Below, in pieces: positions 1 to 11,699 of a DNA stretch of 51,249 nt. The notes beneath the pieces are model-generated. The model was not told where the DNA came from and searched no databases. It was given only the letters and a program-made list of their open reading frames with translations. Each line of letters starts with the position of its first letter. The stretch's first letter is position 1. Source of the DNA: Girardia tigrina (lineage: Eukaryota); the NCBI GenBank assembly GCA_001938485.1, contig MQRK01172036.1, positions 1 to 51,249 of the forward strand. Reading direction: 5' to 3'. The translations under genes were made by a program, and so were the position numbers.

Positions 1-56
<56 letters not shown>
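1..56. repeat. (TA)n(GA)n compound microsatellite
   Basis: Directly visible at the window start. Confidence 0.95.
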
Positions 57-57
<1 letters not shown>

Positions 58-239
58 TAAACTAATAAAATGAATGGAATACGATGTTTAAGTACAATGT
101 AATGAAATATAAATATTGCAAGAATCACATAATAGAGATTACATTCGTACTCTGTATTTTTATATTATGATGATCAATATTTCTTAAATTGTTTTAAGAT
201 CAGTTGAAAAATTTTATTATAGGAGATATATGTCTAGTA

Positions 240-302
240 AACTTTATCTATCCTAAAATACTTAATAGATTAAATATTAAACATTTTAGGATAGATAAAG
301 TT
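240..302. repeat. Inverted repeat / foldback (possible MITE core)
   Basis: aactttatctatcctaaaat (240-259) is the exact reverse complement of attttaggatagataaagtt (283-302); weaker symmetry continues inside and outside. Confidence 0.8.
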
Positions 303-3300
303 CCCCTGCAGCCATTTCTTACAACAAAAATGACCCTTGTTTGACATTTAATATCTCACCATAAATCTCCCAATTTTCGTTTGAATGTTTCCTAGATAAA
401 AGTTAAACTTAAAACTTTGCTTCGATTATTCGAAAGAAGCCAAAGTGGTCATTTTTATTCACAATAAATAAATATAAATAAAATAATATAATTTTACAAA
501 TTGCTAATAAAATTTAAATTTCAAAAGTTAACTAATTTCAAATTCATAAATTTCATTAGATAAAATGATTTTCTTTTCTAATTTAATTCAAAAAGTTATT
601 TTCCTAACAAAAGCATTTTTGAATAAATAACTTGAACATTACAAAACATTTCAATTTTCAGCCAATTCAAATAATTTGTATATTTTGTTTTATTTACATT
701 TCCCTGCTCTAAGGAAAATAAAACTTTATTTTAAAAGAGAAAAAATATTTTACTATTTGTTTTTTTTTATAAATAAATTCTTTTTTAATTGTATTTTGTT
801 GATTAGGAAAATATATAAAAGGCATTAACGAATATTTTGGTCATCATATTTTTGTGATCGAATCGCTGTAAAACACAATTTTTTGACAAATTATTTTTCA
901 ATAAAAAGGAAACGTAAATATCGACATTCTTCAATAATTCGGTGATGTTGAAAATTTTCTACACTAAAAACGTTTTTTATAAATATAAAAATTATATATT
1001 TATTGAATTAACTGTTAGACAACCTAAACAAAACTTTGATTTATGTAGGAATCGTTAAAGAATAATACAGTTTAGTCAGTTAAATATTAAAATAAATAAT
1101 GGATTTTATGATCAATTAGTTAATTTTTGGTTAAATTAATTTTTTAATTTAATTTTGTTTTAAATTTATAAATTTAACATTGCAATCCGAAATTGTTTTT
1201 GGCAATAAAATATGTTTATGAGACATAATGAACTGTCATTTTCGCCGATAAAACAGATTACAACTATGTCGGCTGGTTACTAATCGTTTCAAAGATATTG
1301 TTCATAGATTCACAATACGTAAATACTAAGAGAATGTGACTTGGTAATAAATAATGAGATAAAATGTGGTTTATTTTAGTACGATTCACGACGCATTATA
1401 AAGTTAACCTCAACGTCTTGCTAGAAATTAAATCTTACAGGTACTTAAAAACCTTTAAAGTTTCTACTCATACAAGTAAATTATAAACATATTTTCAAAT
1501 GCCAACATGATTTATTTGTTAAAAAGGCATCTGATTAACGATCTAATAGTACAGCCTGTTATCCATCAAAATAAATGCATAATTGCAGGTTTTGTAAGAG
1601 CTTGAATGGCATTCAATGTTAACCTTTTTACTACAAAAATCTCATGTTTTATAACACCCTTAAGTTAGATTACTATTGGATATAATATGTATATAAAATA
1701 AATATCTTTAAGGCAAAAATCGTAGCCTTAAAGTTGAAAATCATTTAAAACTTTTGTTATTATTTAATTGTTGAATTAATCTTTCTTGGCAGAAATAAAA
1801 TTAAAACTTTGTCTATCTTCGAATATTTCCAAACAAAATTATGAATTATAACTTAGACCTTTCATTAAAAATAGACATTCATTAAATAATATATTTAATT
1901 TTAACTGAAACCCCAAAAGATATGAATTAAAGAAAGTAAAAGTCAATTAACATAAGAATCAATTTCAAGAAAATTGGAAATCGACGACTTTCTATGACTT
2001 TTTGGAAAATGATTTATTTTATTTATAATTTATAATAACTTTATTTTATCATATTAAATTTAAAAAATAATAATATAATCATTATTGATTAAAACAAAAT
2101 ATTGTAAAACCATTTAATTATTGAAAAAACTTTTAAACGTTAAAATGATTAAAATAGTAAATATTTAATTAAAATAAATAATTATCACACATTTGAAAAT
2201 AAATCTAATTTTCTTTTTTAGTGTCAAATCTTAGCATATTATTTTATTNNNNNNNNNNNNNNNNNNNNNNNNNNNNNNNNNNNNNNNNNNNNNNNNNNNN
2301 NNNNNNNNNNNNNNNNNNNNNNNNNNNNNNNNNNNNNNNNNNNNNNNNNNNNNNNNNNNNNNNNNNNNNNNNNNNNNNNNNNNNNNNNNNNNNTGGAGCG
2401 ACCGCTTAATGTAAGGCTGTACAGTAAGCACAGAGAAAGATCATATAAATAAGCATATATATACATATACATATATTAAAAGTTAAATAAATAAAATATA
2501 AATAATTTTAATATAAATTATAATATATTCGTGTTACGATAGGTCACTTATCAATGAATTCAAATATTTATTTAACTAAAAATCATTACAATTTATTACG
2601 AAAAAAGTCATTTATACAAAACTAAGCGATATTGTGGATTATTATTTGTGTTTATGATGATATGGATTTTTTGTGTATTTTTCATTTAAAATCTAACTTA
2701 TTCTTCATCAATGTAACATCTTCAAATTTTTCTAACTATTTTCGGCAAAGATAAAAAATAATAATAAATTTTAAATTTTAGATATTAATATTTTTTTTAT
2801 TTTTATTAACATTTTTATTAGATTTTGGCCATAAAAATAATTTAACAAAATATAAAATAATTAATTGATTAAATTGATAAATTTTCTGAACCATGAACTG
2901 TTCGTTTTCATTTTTCACATTGCTTTTTTGGTTTTAATTGTTGATAATTTTTAATTTTAAGATTCCATTTCATAAAATCTATTTTTTGAGCTTATGTTAT
3001 CAATCATTTATTATTTTTAAAACTGTTTTGGATATATAAACTTTCCCATAACAAATTTGATTCTTTAAAATTTTTATTTATAAAAACAATTCTTAAAATT
3101 TAATTCATTATAAATAAAAACAGCCAAAGAAGATCTTATAAAAATTTATTATTAAATACAAGAATCTAAAAAAAATTAAAATAAATATCGTATCGTCAAC
3201 TCAATAAAGCTAAAAAGTAAATAAAATTTTAAAATACATAAAAGAAAAAGTTTTAAATCCACATATTTTTAATAATTTTAAATATAAAAATAAAAACTCA

Positions 3301-4959
3301 TAAAGAAAAAATAATTAATTTAATTTATTGTATGTTGAAAATTATTTCCGGAAGGCAATTAATAAATGTTAATATTAAATCAAAATTTCATATATATACT
3401 TTATTATTTTTAAATTTTTTATTTGTTTTTTTTTGATTTATTCTTTTATTAGATTTTTGTTAAATAAATCTAAAATTGTTTTTAAATTTAATTTCTTGGA
3501 AAATAAAAGAAATACTGATAATAATTATTTAAATAAAATTTCGTTAGATAAATTTATAAGTTTTTTAGAATAAATTATGTTTTTTTAAATAAAATAATAT
3601 TAAATTTTAATAAAATTTTGAAAGCATACCTTAATGTAAGAAATGATAGCTATATTCATAAATAGCTGTTTCTACATGTAATATAATTTAATGTAATATA
3701 ATAATCAGATATTGTAATGTAAAAAACAACAGTCAGAAATATATTGTTTTTCAAAAAAAACATTCATCAAAATCATAAAAATAAAAGTCATACAAATACA
3801 AAATAAAAGAAATATTTATATTTTTTCGTTTAAATCAGTTTGCTTCAATTATTCTATTTAGGATTGAATGAGTTTGATAATTTACAAGCGTCAATTAATT
3901 TTAATGTAACTGAAAACACGGCAAAATTCTTTTTTTTTCTTTTGCAGATATTTTAATGTTTTTTATTAAAAAAAAGATTGTTCAACAAATAAAATATAAA
4001 ATTAATATTTTCAAAATACCTTTTTTGGTTTCGAAATTTTATTTCAAAATTTTAAAATAATATAATCTTTTTTTCATATATTATATGATTTGAAGTGAAT
4101 AAAATTTTATTTTTACGAAAAATAAGTTTTTTAGTACCTTTAAAAACAAAAACAAATATATGTTATCAATTTTTTGTTTTAGTACACTGCTGTATAAAAT
4201 GTTTTATTATCCTTTAATTAATGAAACATTATAAATAGTTAAATTTATTTAATAAATAATAATTATTAAAGTTGATTGTTATAGGAAATCGTCCCGGCCC
4301 ATAAAGTTGATCCCCTTCTTTCACTCTTCGCCCAAAATACCAGTCAACCTATCGTGGAATACTGAAAGCACCTGCTGGAAATTGCAAAAGAAGGCGACAT
4401 CAGTCAACCGACTTTCCTCAGAAGAATCGATGCTTCTAAATTTATTCGCTTCCTGATGGACGATATTCTTGAGCATCCGTGCACAATCTTGCTATATGTT
4501 TAGAACAGTTTACCCTTTTCTCAATCAGTACAATTGTAATCAATGTCAAATTTTCAAACTGGTTTAAATATTTAATCGTATATACTTTGATACTTTCATC
4601 TTTTTTATTATGCATTTTATCACTTCGTTTAACACAAAAAAAACAATTAAACAAAATCACTAAATGTAAATTCATCAGAGGTGAACACCTTGGACCTTGT
4701 CAACCTTCTTATTTTAATTTTGTTTGCAAAATAATAAGTCGTTTAAGTCATTGACCATGATTTAGCAAAGGCTTGTATGGATGTACGACGAAGTTTAAAC
4801 CTCAAATCTGACTTCAGTAACTGATACTTTGTCATGATTTTCTGTAATCTGATTGTTGCTTTCAGCGTCAAAAGTTGATTTTGACAATATTTCAAACTAG
4901 GCATTGAAGGATCCAACCTTTTCGCAATTTCCCGATTCGGTAACCCATCTCTTGTATGT

Positions 4960-5085
4960 TTTGTATGTTTTTGAAAATATTCTGTAGTAATTCTAAAAAG
5001 TATTGTGAGATGGTCTCTTGTGAGGCATTATCGATCAAATCCCTTTATCCATAAATTAGTGTTCAACCAAGCCCCTCTTCCCTTG
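4960..5085 (+). mobile_element. Penelope-like element, GIY-YIG C-terminal remnant
   Basis: Translates NSKKYCEMVSCEALSIKSLYP*ISVQPS, matching the YWERV[ST]CEALLIKSLSPSINVQ tail of other PLE copies here; ends where a Tigger-like element starts. Confidence 0.7.
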
Positions 5086-5096
5086 GTAAAAATGTA

Positions 5097-6060
5097 CAGT
5101 CTCACCTCGTTAATCCGCCACCCTCGCTAACCACCTAGAAATTCCTGGAATCGTTTTAAATACTATTAAAATCCCTTTGAACCGTCATTCCCTCGAGGNN
5201 NNNNNNNNNNNNNNNNNNNNNNNNNNNNNNNNNNNNNNNNNNNNNNNNNNNNNNNNNNNNNNNNNNNNNNNNNNNNNNNNNNNNNNNNNNNNNNNNNNNN
5301 NNNNNNNNNNNNNNNNNNNNNNNNNNNNNNNNNNNNNNNNNNNNNNNNNNNNNNNNNNNNNNNNNNNNNNNNNNNNNNNNNNNNNNNNNNNNNNNNNNNN
5401 NNNNNNNNNNNNNNNNNNNNNNNNNNNNNNNNNNNNNNNNNNNNNNNNNNNNNNNNNNNNNNNNNNNNNNNNNNNNNNNNNNNNNNNNNNNNNNNNNNNN
5501 NNNNNNNNNNNNNNNNNNNNNNNNNNNNNNNNNNNNNNNNNNNNNNNNNNNNNNNNNNNNNNNNNNNNNNNNNNNNNNNNNNNNNNNNNNNNNNNNNNNN
5601 NNNNNNNNNNNNNNNNNNNNNNNNNNNNNNNNNNNNNNNNNNNNNNNNNNNNNNNNNNNNNNNNNNNNNNNNNNNNNNNNNNNNNNNNNNNNNNNNNNNN
5701 NNNNNNNNNNNNNNNNNNNNNNNNNNNNNNNNNNNNNNNNNNNNNNNNNNNNNNNNNNNNNNNNNNNNNNNNNNNNNNNNNNNNNNNNNNNNNNNNNNCC
5801 GCCAATACAAAATAAGAACACAAATATATGGATCCCTCTTTTAACCGCCAAAAGTCCAATAGTTGTCCCAACTGCTAAGGATGCAAAACGATCCATGGAT
5901 ACAATTCTAACTTATCTAGACAGTCAACCAATGATGGATGAAGACGTTTCTGGGAATTTAAAGTTGTCAGCACTTATTAATCGTTCGGCACATAGCAATT
6001 TGCATCAGCCTTTTATCACAAACTATTTTAAACCAAAATAAACTGTATTGATTTAAAACA
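5097..6060 (+). mobile_element. pogo/Tigger-like DNA transposon remnant (spans N gap)
   Basis: TA|CAGTCTCACCTCGTTAATCCG Tigger-type terminus at 5095-5117; after the gap, PTAKDAKRSMDTILTYLDSQP...HQPFITNYFKPK* resembles the Tigger/TIGD C-terminus. Right TIR not seen. Confidence 0.6.
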
Positions 6061-7405
6061 AATACAAGATTTTCTAGTATACGGGTTTTGATTTATTTTT
6101 ATCTTATTTTATTTATTTATTTTTATTTTATTATTTATTTATTTTTTTATTATTTATTTTTTATTTTTTTATTTATTTTTATTTATTCTTAAAAGCTCTA
6201 AGTCCTTCAGAATATGGAATTTTAATGATTTTTTGTATTCTTCAGTATACAAACAAGCAAATAGAACACAACATTAAGATAACATTAGACAAATTATGTA
6301 CATATGCACGAGTTAAGAAACAATTAAAAGAATAAAATATTGAAGAATACAAACAAATCATTAAAATTCCATATTCTGAAGGATTTAGAGCTTTTAAGAA
6401 GAGTATTTGTAGAACAATAAATAGTGCTAAAGTAGTCTCTATCACATCCAAAGTTCAAAGTTTCCTTTCAAATAAATCGAAAACAGTTTGTGGTTCGCAA
6501 GCTAATCTCGTATATAAATCTAATTTTCACGGGTGTGAAAACTCGTACATTGGAGAGAAAGAAACGCCAACATCCAACACCCAGAGAAAAGAAAACTTGG
6601 AAGAAGAGAACCAGGAAGAGCCGACATCAAACCAATCCAATCCTCAGTTGACGTACAAAACTGTGAGTTTGCCGAGGATACAGCCGAACGACGATGCCGA
6701 AGAGACGCACTTACAATACCGACTGCCAGCCGATTACTAGACTACAAGAGGACAATTTAAGTACCCATTTCGCGGTTGTTACGCGTCCACCGTAACAGCC
6801 AACGGCATGTACGGCCATGGTACCAAGTTCCATGGTTGGTCGTTCGTTACTGGCAAGCTGACAGCTCAGAGGGGGAAGGCCACTGACCCCGGGGGGTCAT
6901 TAAGGACTTTAGTTTGGGTGGACCCTCTAAAGAGCCTTAGAATCAATACCATTACAGAGATGGGAGGCCCACATTGGAGAGACAAATCGTCATCTCAAAA
7001 CCCGTATTAGTGAGCACTCGCAAATGAGTCGATCGAGTAAGGTTCTTGATCATTGGTTATGTTGTAAAGATAGAACCTCGTCCATTTCAAAAGATGAGTT
7101 TTCTGTTCTACAAAAGGGATTCGATTTACATTACAAGTGAAAATTTTGTGAACTTCTACTAGTAAGGCACTACATCTCATCAATTAACATTCAGAATGGG
7201 CAAATTAAGGTTATTTATCAAAACAAAAAGGTTAGTTATCAAAACTTAAAATTTTTAATTAAAGATATTTTATGTCATTATTACCTAATAATAATTTAAT
7301 AAATAATAATATATTTTTTGAATTGTTCCATTTAAACATAATAAACTTTTTAAAATCGTGTTATTAAAACTATTTAATATACATGTACTAAATTTTCGAA
7401 AATTG

Positions 7406-7440
7406 ATGATGATGATGTATATAAACATCGAAACATATCA
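7406..7440 (+). ncRNA. Degenerate minimal hammerhead ribozyme
   Basis: aTGATGA-T-GATGT-atataa-ACATC-GAAA-CATATC: stem II intact, C3 changed, stem III palindrome broken. Confidence 0.5.
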
Positions 7441-7533
7441 AATAATTACATTAAAAAGCCTTAATCAAATTATAGTTTCAAAATATTAAACTTACATTCA
7501 CAAGACTCAATAATATATATATATGACATTATA

Positions 7534-7585
7534 TATTTTTTGCCTTAAAATTGTTGAAAGCCACCGAAATATATTGCAAAAAATA
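7534..7585 (+). ncRNA. Degenerate minimal hammerhead ribozyme
   Basis: Perfect 10-bp stem I (tattttttgc/gcaaaaaata) encloses CTtAAaA-T-tGTtG-aaag-CCACC-GAAA-TATAT-T; same layout as the intact copy at 33203-33250 but with a mutated CUGANGA box. Confidence 0.7.
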
Positions 7586-8320
7586 ATGTTAAATGTTAAT
7601 GTTAAAAATGTATAATGTTAAATGTATAATGTTAAAATGTTAAATTCATAAACCCGAATATGTTTTCGAATATTTAAATATGTAGTTTTTTATCTGATCT
7701 TTAACAAATATAGTTTGTAATATTTTCAATCAAAATCCTTTATCAACTGGAAAGGCTTTTGTTTTATTAAGTAACAATTAAAGTTATATTTTTAGACATT
7801 TATAAAACGATGTTTTAGGAATGATATTTTGGTTTCAATTCAAAATATATCTGAAGAAAGCACTTCAAGATCTTCTTGACTTTTCAATATCAAAGTAATT
7901 AAAGATTGTTGAACAGAACATATTTTCTCATTAAAGTTGTCGGTTGTGGAACTTAAAATTTTTTTATAAAGTTTCTTGTCGTTATCGCTTAAACTTGCTT
8001 TACTCTGATCGGGTGTCTCGAGGGACAGTGGTCATTAACTTTTTTATACAAAAAGAATTAATTTTCAGACAGTTTTTTGCTCATTCATTATTTGTACATT
8101 GTTACACAACTGTTTAAATAAGTATTAAATTTACATAGTAATTTAGAAAATGGAAATGTTTTTGTGTTAGTTGAAAATTAAAAAAAATCCGTTGGGTTTT
8201 ATGTTTAACATGCCATTTATTAGTTTTCCATAAAGAAATTTTAGATAGCAAATATATATGTTATAATAAAATATTTCGAGATAAGTAAAGTATAGTATAT
8301 TCAAATTGTGGACATAAATA

Positions 8321-8917
8321 TGTGATGCACCCAATAAATAAATGAAATAAGTAGAAAAGAATATGAAACATGAATATTTTAACCAGTTAAGTAGGGTTAG
8401 GGTTCTGGTTAGGTTTAGTTTAGGGTATGTATATGTATTTAATTTTCAATAAAGGACTACCAGCGTCTTATCAGATCCACGAAAGCATTTTCGTAGAAAA
8501 TGCATAGACTTTATTAAGGAATAAAAAATTCCCTTGTTGCAGAGCATTCTTGTTCTGATGTTTTTGTAGATTTTGACACTGTCTACCATGTCTTAATTGC
8601 ACAATCATGTCATAAAAAGTAGTTTTGAATGGGATTTTATCATGGTATACATTTTTCTAGTTCTCAATAATATCCTTCACCGAATACTTCTTCACAACAA
8701 GAAACTTTATTATAAATCGAAATACCACCACACAAAACATAATAATAACGAAAAATTTAATGTCCGTAAAAATTAGAACACATTCAGATGCTACAGTAAA
8801 ACAGATTGTATTTCAATATAACAATACTGTATCTAATACTCAAGGAATAAATCAATGAAAATCAAAAAAATGATATATTATTATACCTTTTTCCGGGTAT
8901 TTATTGGACGCATTACG
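8321..8917. mobile_element. Non-autonomous TIR element (Tc1/mariner-type MITE) flanked by TA
   Basis: TA|tgtgatgcacccaataaata ... tatttattggacgcattacg|TA imperfect inverted termini; internal TTAGGG-like tract at 8391-8426. Confidence 0.55.
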
Positions 8918-9168
8918 TATATTCATAGAATTTTGGTAAATTACCAAAAATGAAATTTTATATATTTTTTAAAAATTAAAAAAAACTTATCAAAATATAT
9001 TTTTAGGTGTAATAGACAGTCCAAAAATATTACTTTATAAGATTGAGTCCTGTACCTTCACCAGTTCTAAGAAAACTTAAATTTGTTATAAAAGAAAATT
9101 CCATTTTTTTGACAGGTTTATAATATAAATAATATTTATTACGACAAATATTCACTATTATTTAAACT

Positions 9169-10938
9169 CGGTACGTGACATTTTGGCGCAGGTCGTTTTG
9201 GCGCGAAGTCGTTTTGGTGCGAGGTCATTTTGGGACAAAGCCGTTTTTTATTAAATCAAAAGTCCGTGTTTATTTAAAAAAATCTGTTTTCTACAGATGG
9301 ATACATAAATAAAACATTTTACTCAAACATTTTTTATTAAATCAAAAGTCCATGTTTATTAGTTCATCAAAAAATTATGCGCGATTCCTCTAAGGTGCTC
9401 GATGATGTTTTGTTCTCTGTAAGTCTCACCAATTGTTCTGATCCAGGCATCTGCAGCGACGTATTTTCTGCGCTTTACAGGTGGCTGATCTCCACGAACG
9501 AATGATCGTGTTCTGAAGCAGATGAACCAGCATAGTCTCGGAAGTGATGCAGCGCAACTTCGAACTGCCATGATAATGACTGGAATCAATAGGGCAACAG
9601 ATACATCTGAAATTCCATCAGTTATCTTTAAAAGTGCTCTCCAAGGAACCTCGACTGCCGTTCAAGCGAATATGCCAAAGAAAGATGCAGCTCCTAATTA
9701 ATTTTAAAATTGAAGATCCACAGCTTCAATTATCATTCCGGATGTATACAGAAGTTACGAAGTCGCACCAGATCAGATGGGAGAAATTCTTTTATGGGAT
9801 TCCGGAGAACAAGATGAAGATCGCATTTTTCTCTTTGGCCGACAGTCGAATGGTGATTGGAGTAACCAAATGGACATACTATATGTGGATGAAACATTTA
9901 ACCTAGCTCCTGCTCTTTTTGCACCGATATATGTAATCATGGCAAACAGAAGAGGATTTGTGCTACCGAACAAAGAAGAAAGAACATACCGACGATTGTT
10001 TGAAGCCATTAAAGAATTGTGGCCATATTTCAACCCGTCGTCAATTTCTATCGACTTTGAAAAAGCCACAATTGGAGCTATTCGGGCTGTGTTTCCGAAT
10101 TGTGCAATCCATGGATACATCTTTTATTTAACGAAGAACATGCGGCAGAAGCTAGCAGAGGAAGGTCTGCTTAGCCGATATAACATCGATCCTGAATTCG
10201 CTTTGTCTGCCAGAATGATAGGCGCTCTCTCCTTTATTCCAATCGAAGTGCTTAGGAGGCACTGGAGAACGAAATTATGGAGGACCTCACACAAATAATA
10301 GATTGGTTTGAACATGACTACATTGGACGTCGAAATCGTAACCAGACTCGACGTCGTGCATTATTTCCTTCTCATACGTGGTCTGCCTACGAGAGAACAG
10401 TGAATGGAGAGGATCGAACGAACAACTATGTGGAAGCAGCACATCGAAGATTGCAAGCCGAATTCGGGGTGGATAATCCAAACATATGGAAATTTATAGA
10501 CGGCATTCGAGGTGTTCAAAAAGAACGTGACCTTATATATGAGCAATTCGTTCGTGGAGATCAGCCGCCTGTAAAGCGCAGAAAATACGTCGCTGCAGAT
10601 GACAGGATCAGAACAATTGTTGGGACTTACAGAGAACGAAACATAATCGAGTACCTTAGAGGAATCGCGCATATTTTTTGATGGACTAATAAACACGGAC
10701 TTTTGATTTAATAAAAAAAGTTTTGAGTAAAATGTTTTATTAAAGTATCCATCTGTAGAAAACAGATTTTTTTAAATAAACACGGACTTTTGATTTAATA
10801 AAAAACGGCTTTGCGCCAAAATGACCTCGCCCCAAAATGATCTCACGCCAAAACGGCTTCGCGCCAAAACGACCTACGCCCAAACGGCGGCGCAAAAATG
10901 GTCGCGCCAAAATGCCGGCGCTAAAACGGCCTGCTTCG
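9169..10938 (+). mobile_element. Mutator-like (MULE) DNA transposon, 5'-deleted, with about 330-bp inverted arms
   Basis: 9-bp TSD atttaaact at 9160-9168 and 10939-10947; subterminal gcgccaaaac repeats; arms 9169-9503 and about 10546-10938; internal MULE transposase. Confidence 0.93.
9504..10681 (+). pseudogene. MULE transposase, frameshifted and lacking its N-terminus
   Basis: Motifs LYVDETFNLAP, IDFEKATIGAIRAVFP, HGYIFYL (degenerate GCxFH) and RTNNYVEAAHRRL are split over several frames (ORFs 9777-10298 and 10277-10681). Confidence 0.9.
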
Positions 10939-11548
10939 ATTTAAACTTTAGAATAAGAACAGTAAAATTTGTGAAATTTACTGCAAAAATATTTATAGTA
11001 AATTGCAAAGAAAATACAAAAAAATAAGAAATTTGATAAATAAAATTCAAGTATGAGTTTTCAAATATTTTATAATTACATTTTCTAACAAAATAATATT
11101 CAAAATAATCCATACCTATGCTGGGATATCCATCAAGCAGTCTTTTTTCATGAACTGCTCAAGCATCGTTTCTGTACATTTTAATATTTATTTTGGTTGC
11201 AATGAGGGTTATATGGTATATTGATAAGGTACGTTATTATGGCGGAGAAAGAAGCTTAAATGTTTTTCAATTATGATCTTATTATCTTAGTGGCCCATCT
11301 TGTAATGATATAAATGAAGAAAGTATTTCGAAAAAAACATTTTACAAATTATGGATTGATTAAAAATTCTTATGCTTCAATATAATTAATGTTACGGAAA
11401 ACTTATTAATTAGTGTATTATAATCTTTATCTTTGCTCCATTTGAGAGCAGAAATGTTTATAAAAAAATAAGAAAGATTATACCTTCCTATATCTATCAT
11501 CTAAGCAAAACATTTAAGCATTTGTTCAAAAATTAATAAAATAATTAC

Positions 11549-11699
11549 CAAAAGAATCGGTTAAAACTCGACAAGTGATGATCGTTCCACAAGTGCTAAA
11601 AAGATCACGCAATTTCTCTTGATTATAATTTCTTGGCACAGATCCTACGTAAAGATTCGCTCCTTTGATCATTTCAGAACTTGGCCGCGCTAAAGAAAC
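11549..11699 (-). CDS. elav: Internal coding exon of an ELAV/Hu-like RNA-binding protein (RRM1 end, linker, RRM2 start)
   Basis: VSLARPSSEMIKGANLYVGSVPRNYNQEKLRDLFSTCGTIITCRVLTDSF matches the ELAV consensus VSYARPSSxxIKxANLYVSGLP...FSxxGxIITSRIL; acceptor tattcttttctacag|GTT and donor G|gtaatt; open frame. Confidence 0.9.

Larger units (their letters stand above)
6186..7585 (+). mobile_element. Penelope-like element (zinc-finger-insert family, copy 1) with 5' inversion and 3' hammerhead remnants
   Basis: IIKIPYSEGFRAFKK...SNKSKTVCGSQANLVYKSNFHGCENSYIGE (about 6350-6558); insert 6559-6970; then HIGETNRHLKTRISEHSQMSRSSKVLDHW...CELLLVRHYISSINIQ (6970-7195); hammerhead-like motifs at 7406-7440 and 7534-7585. 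Confidence 0.85.

Noticed and set aside
5156-5896. Long ORFs in the ORF track
   Set aside because: Artefacts of N runs; the same applies at 2221-2472, 16961-17495, 20910-21227 and 28077-28343.
6547-6982. 12-bp direct repeat read as the TSD of a one-off nested insertion
   Set aside because: The same insert sequence and 3' junction occur in two other diverged copies, so a unique local insertion does not explain it. Kept as a family feature instead.
10810-10930. Regularly spaced gcgccaaaa repeats resembling a CRISPR array
   Set aside because: About 15-bp subterminal MULE repeats without unique spacers; eukaryotic context and no cas genes.
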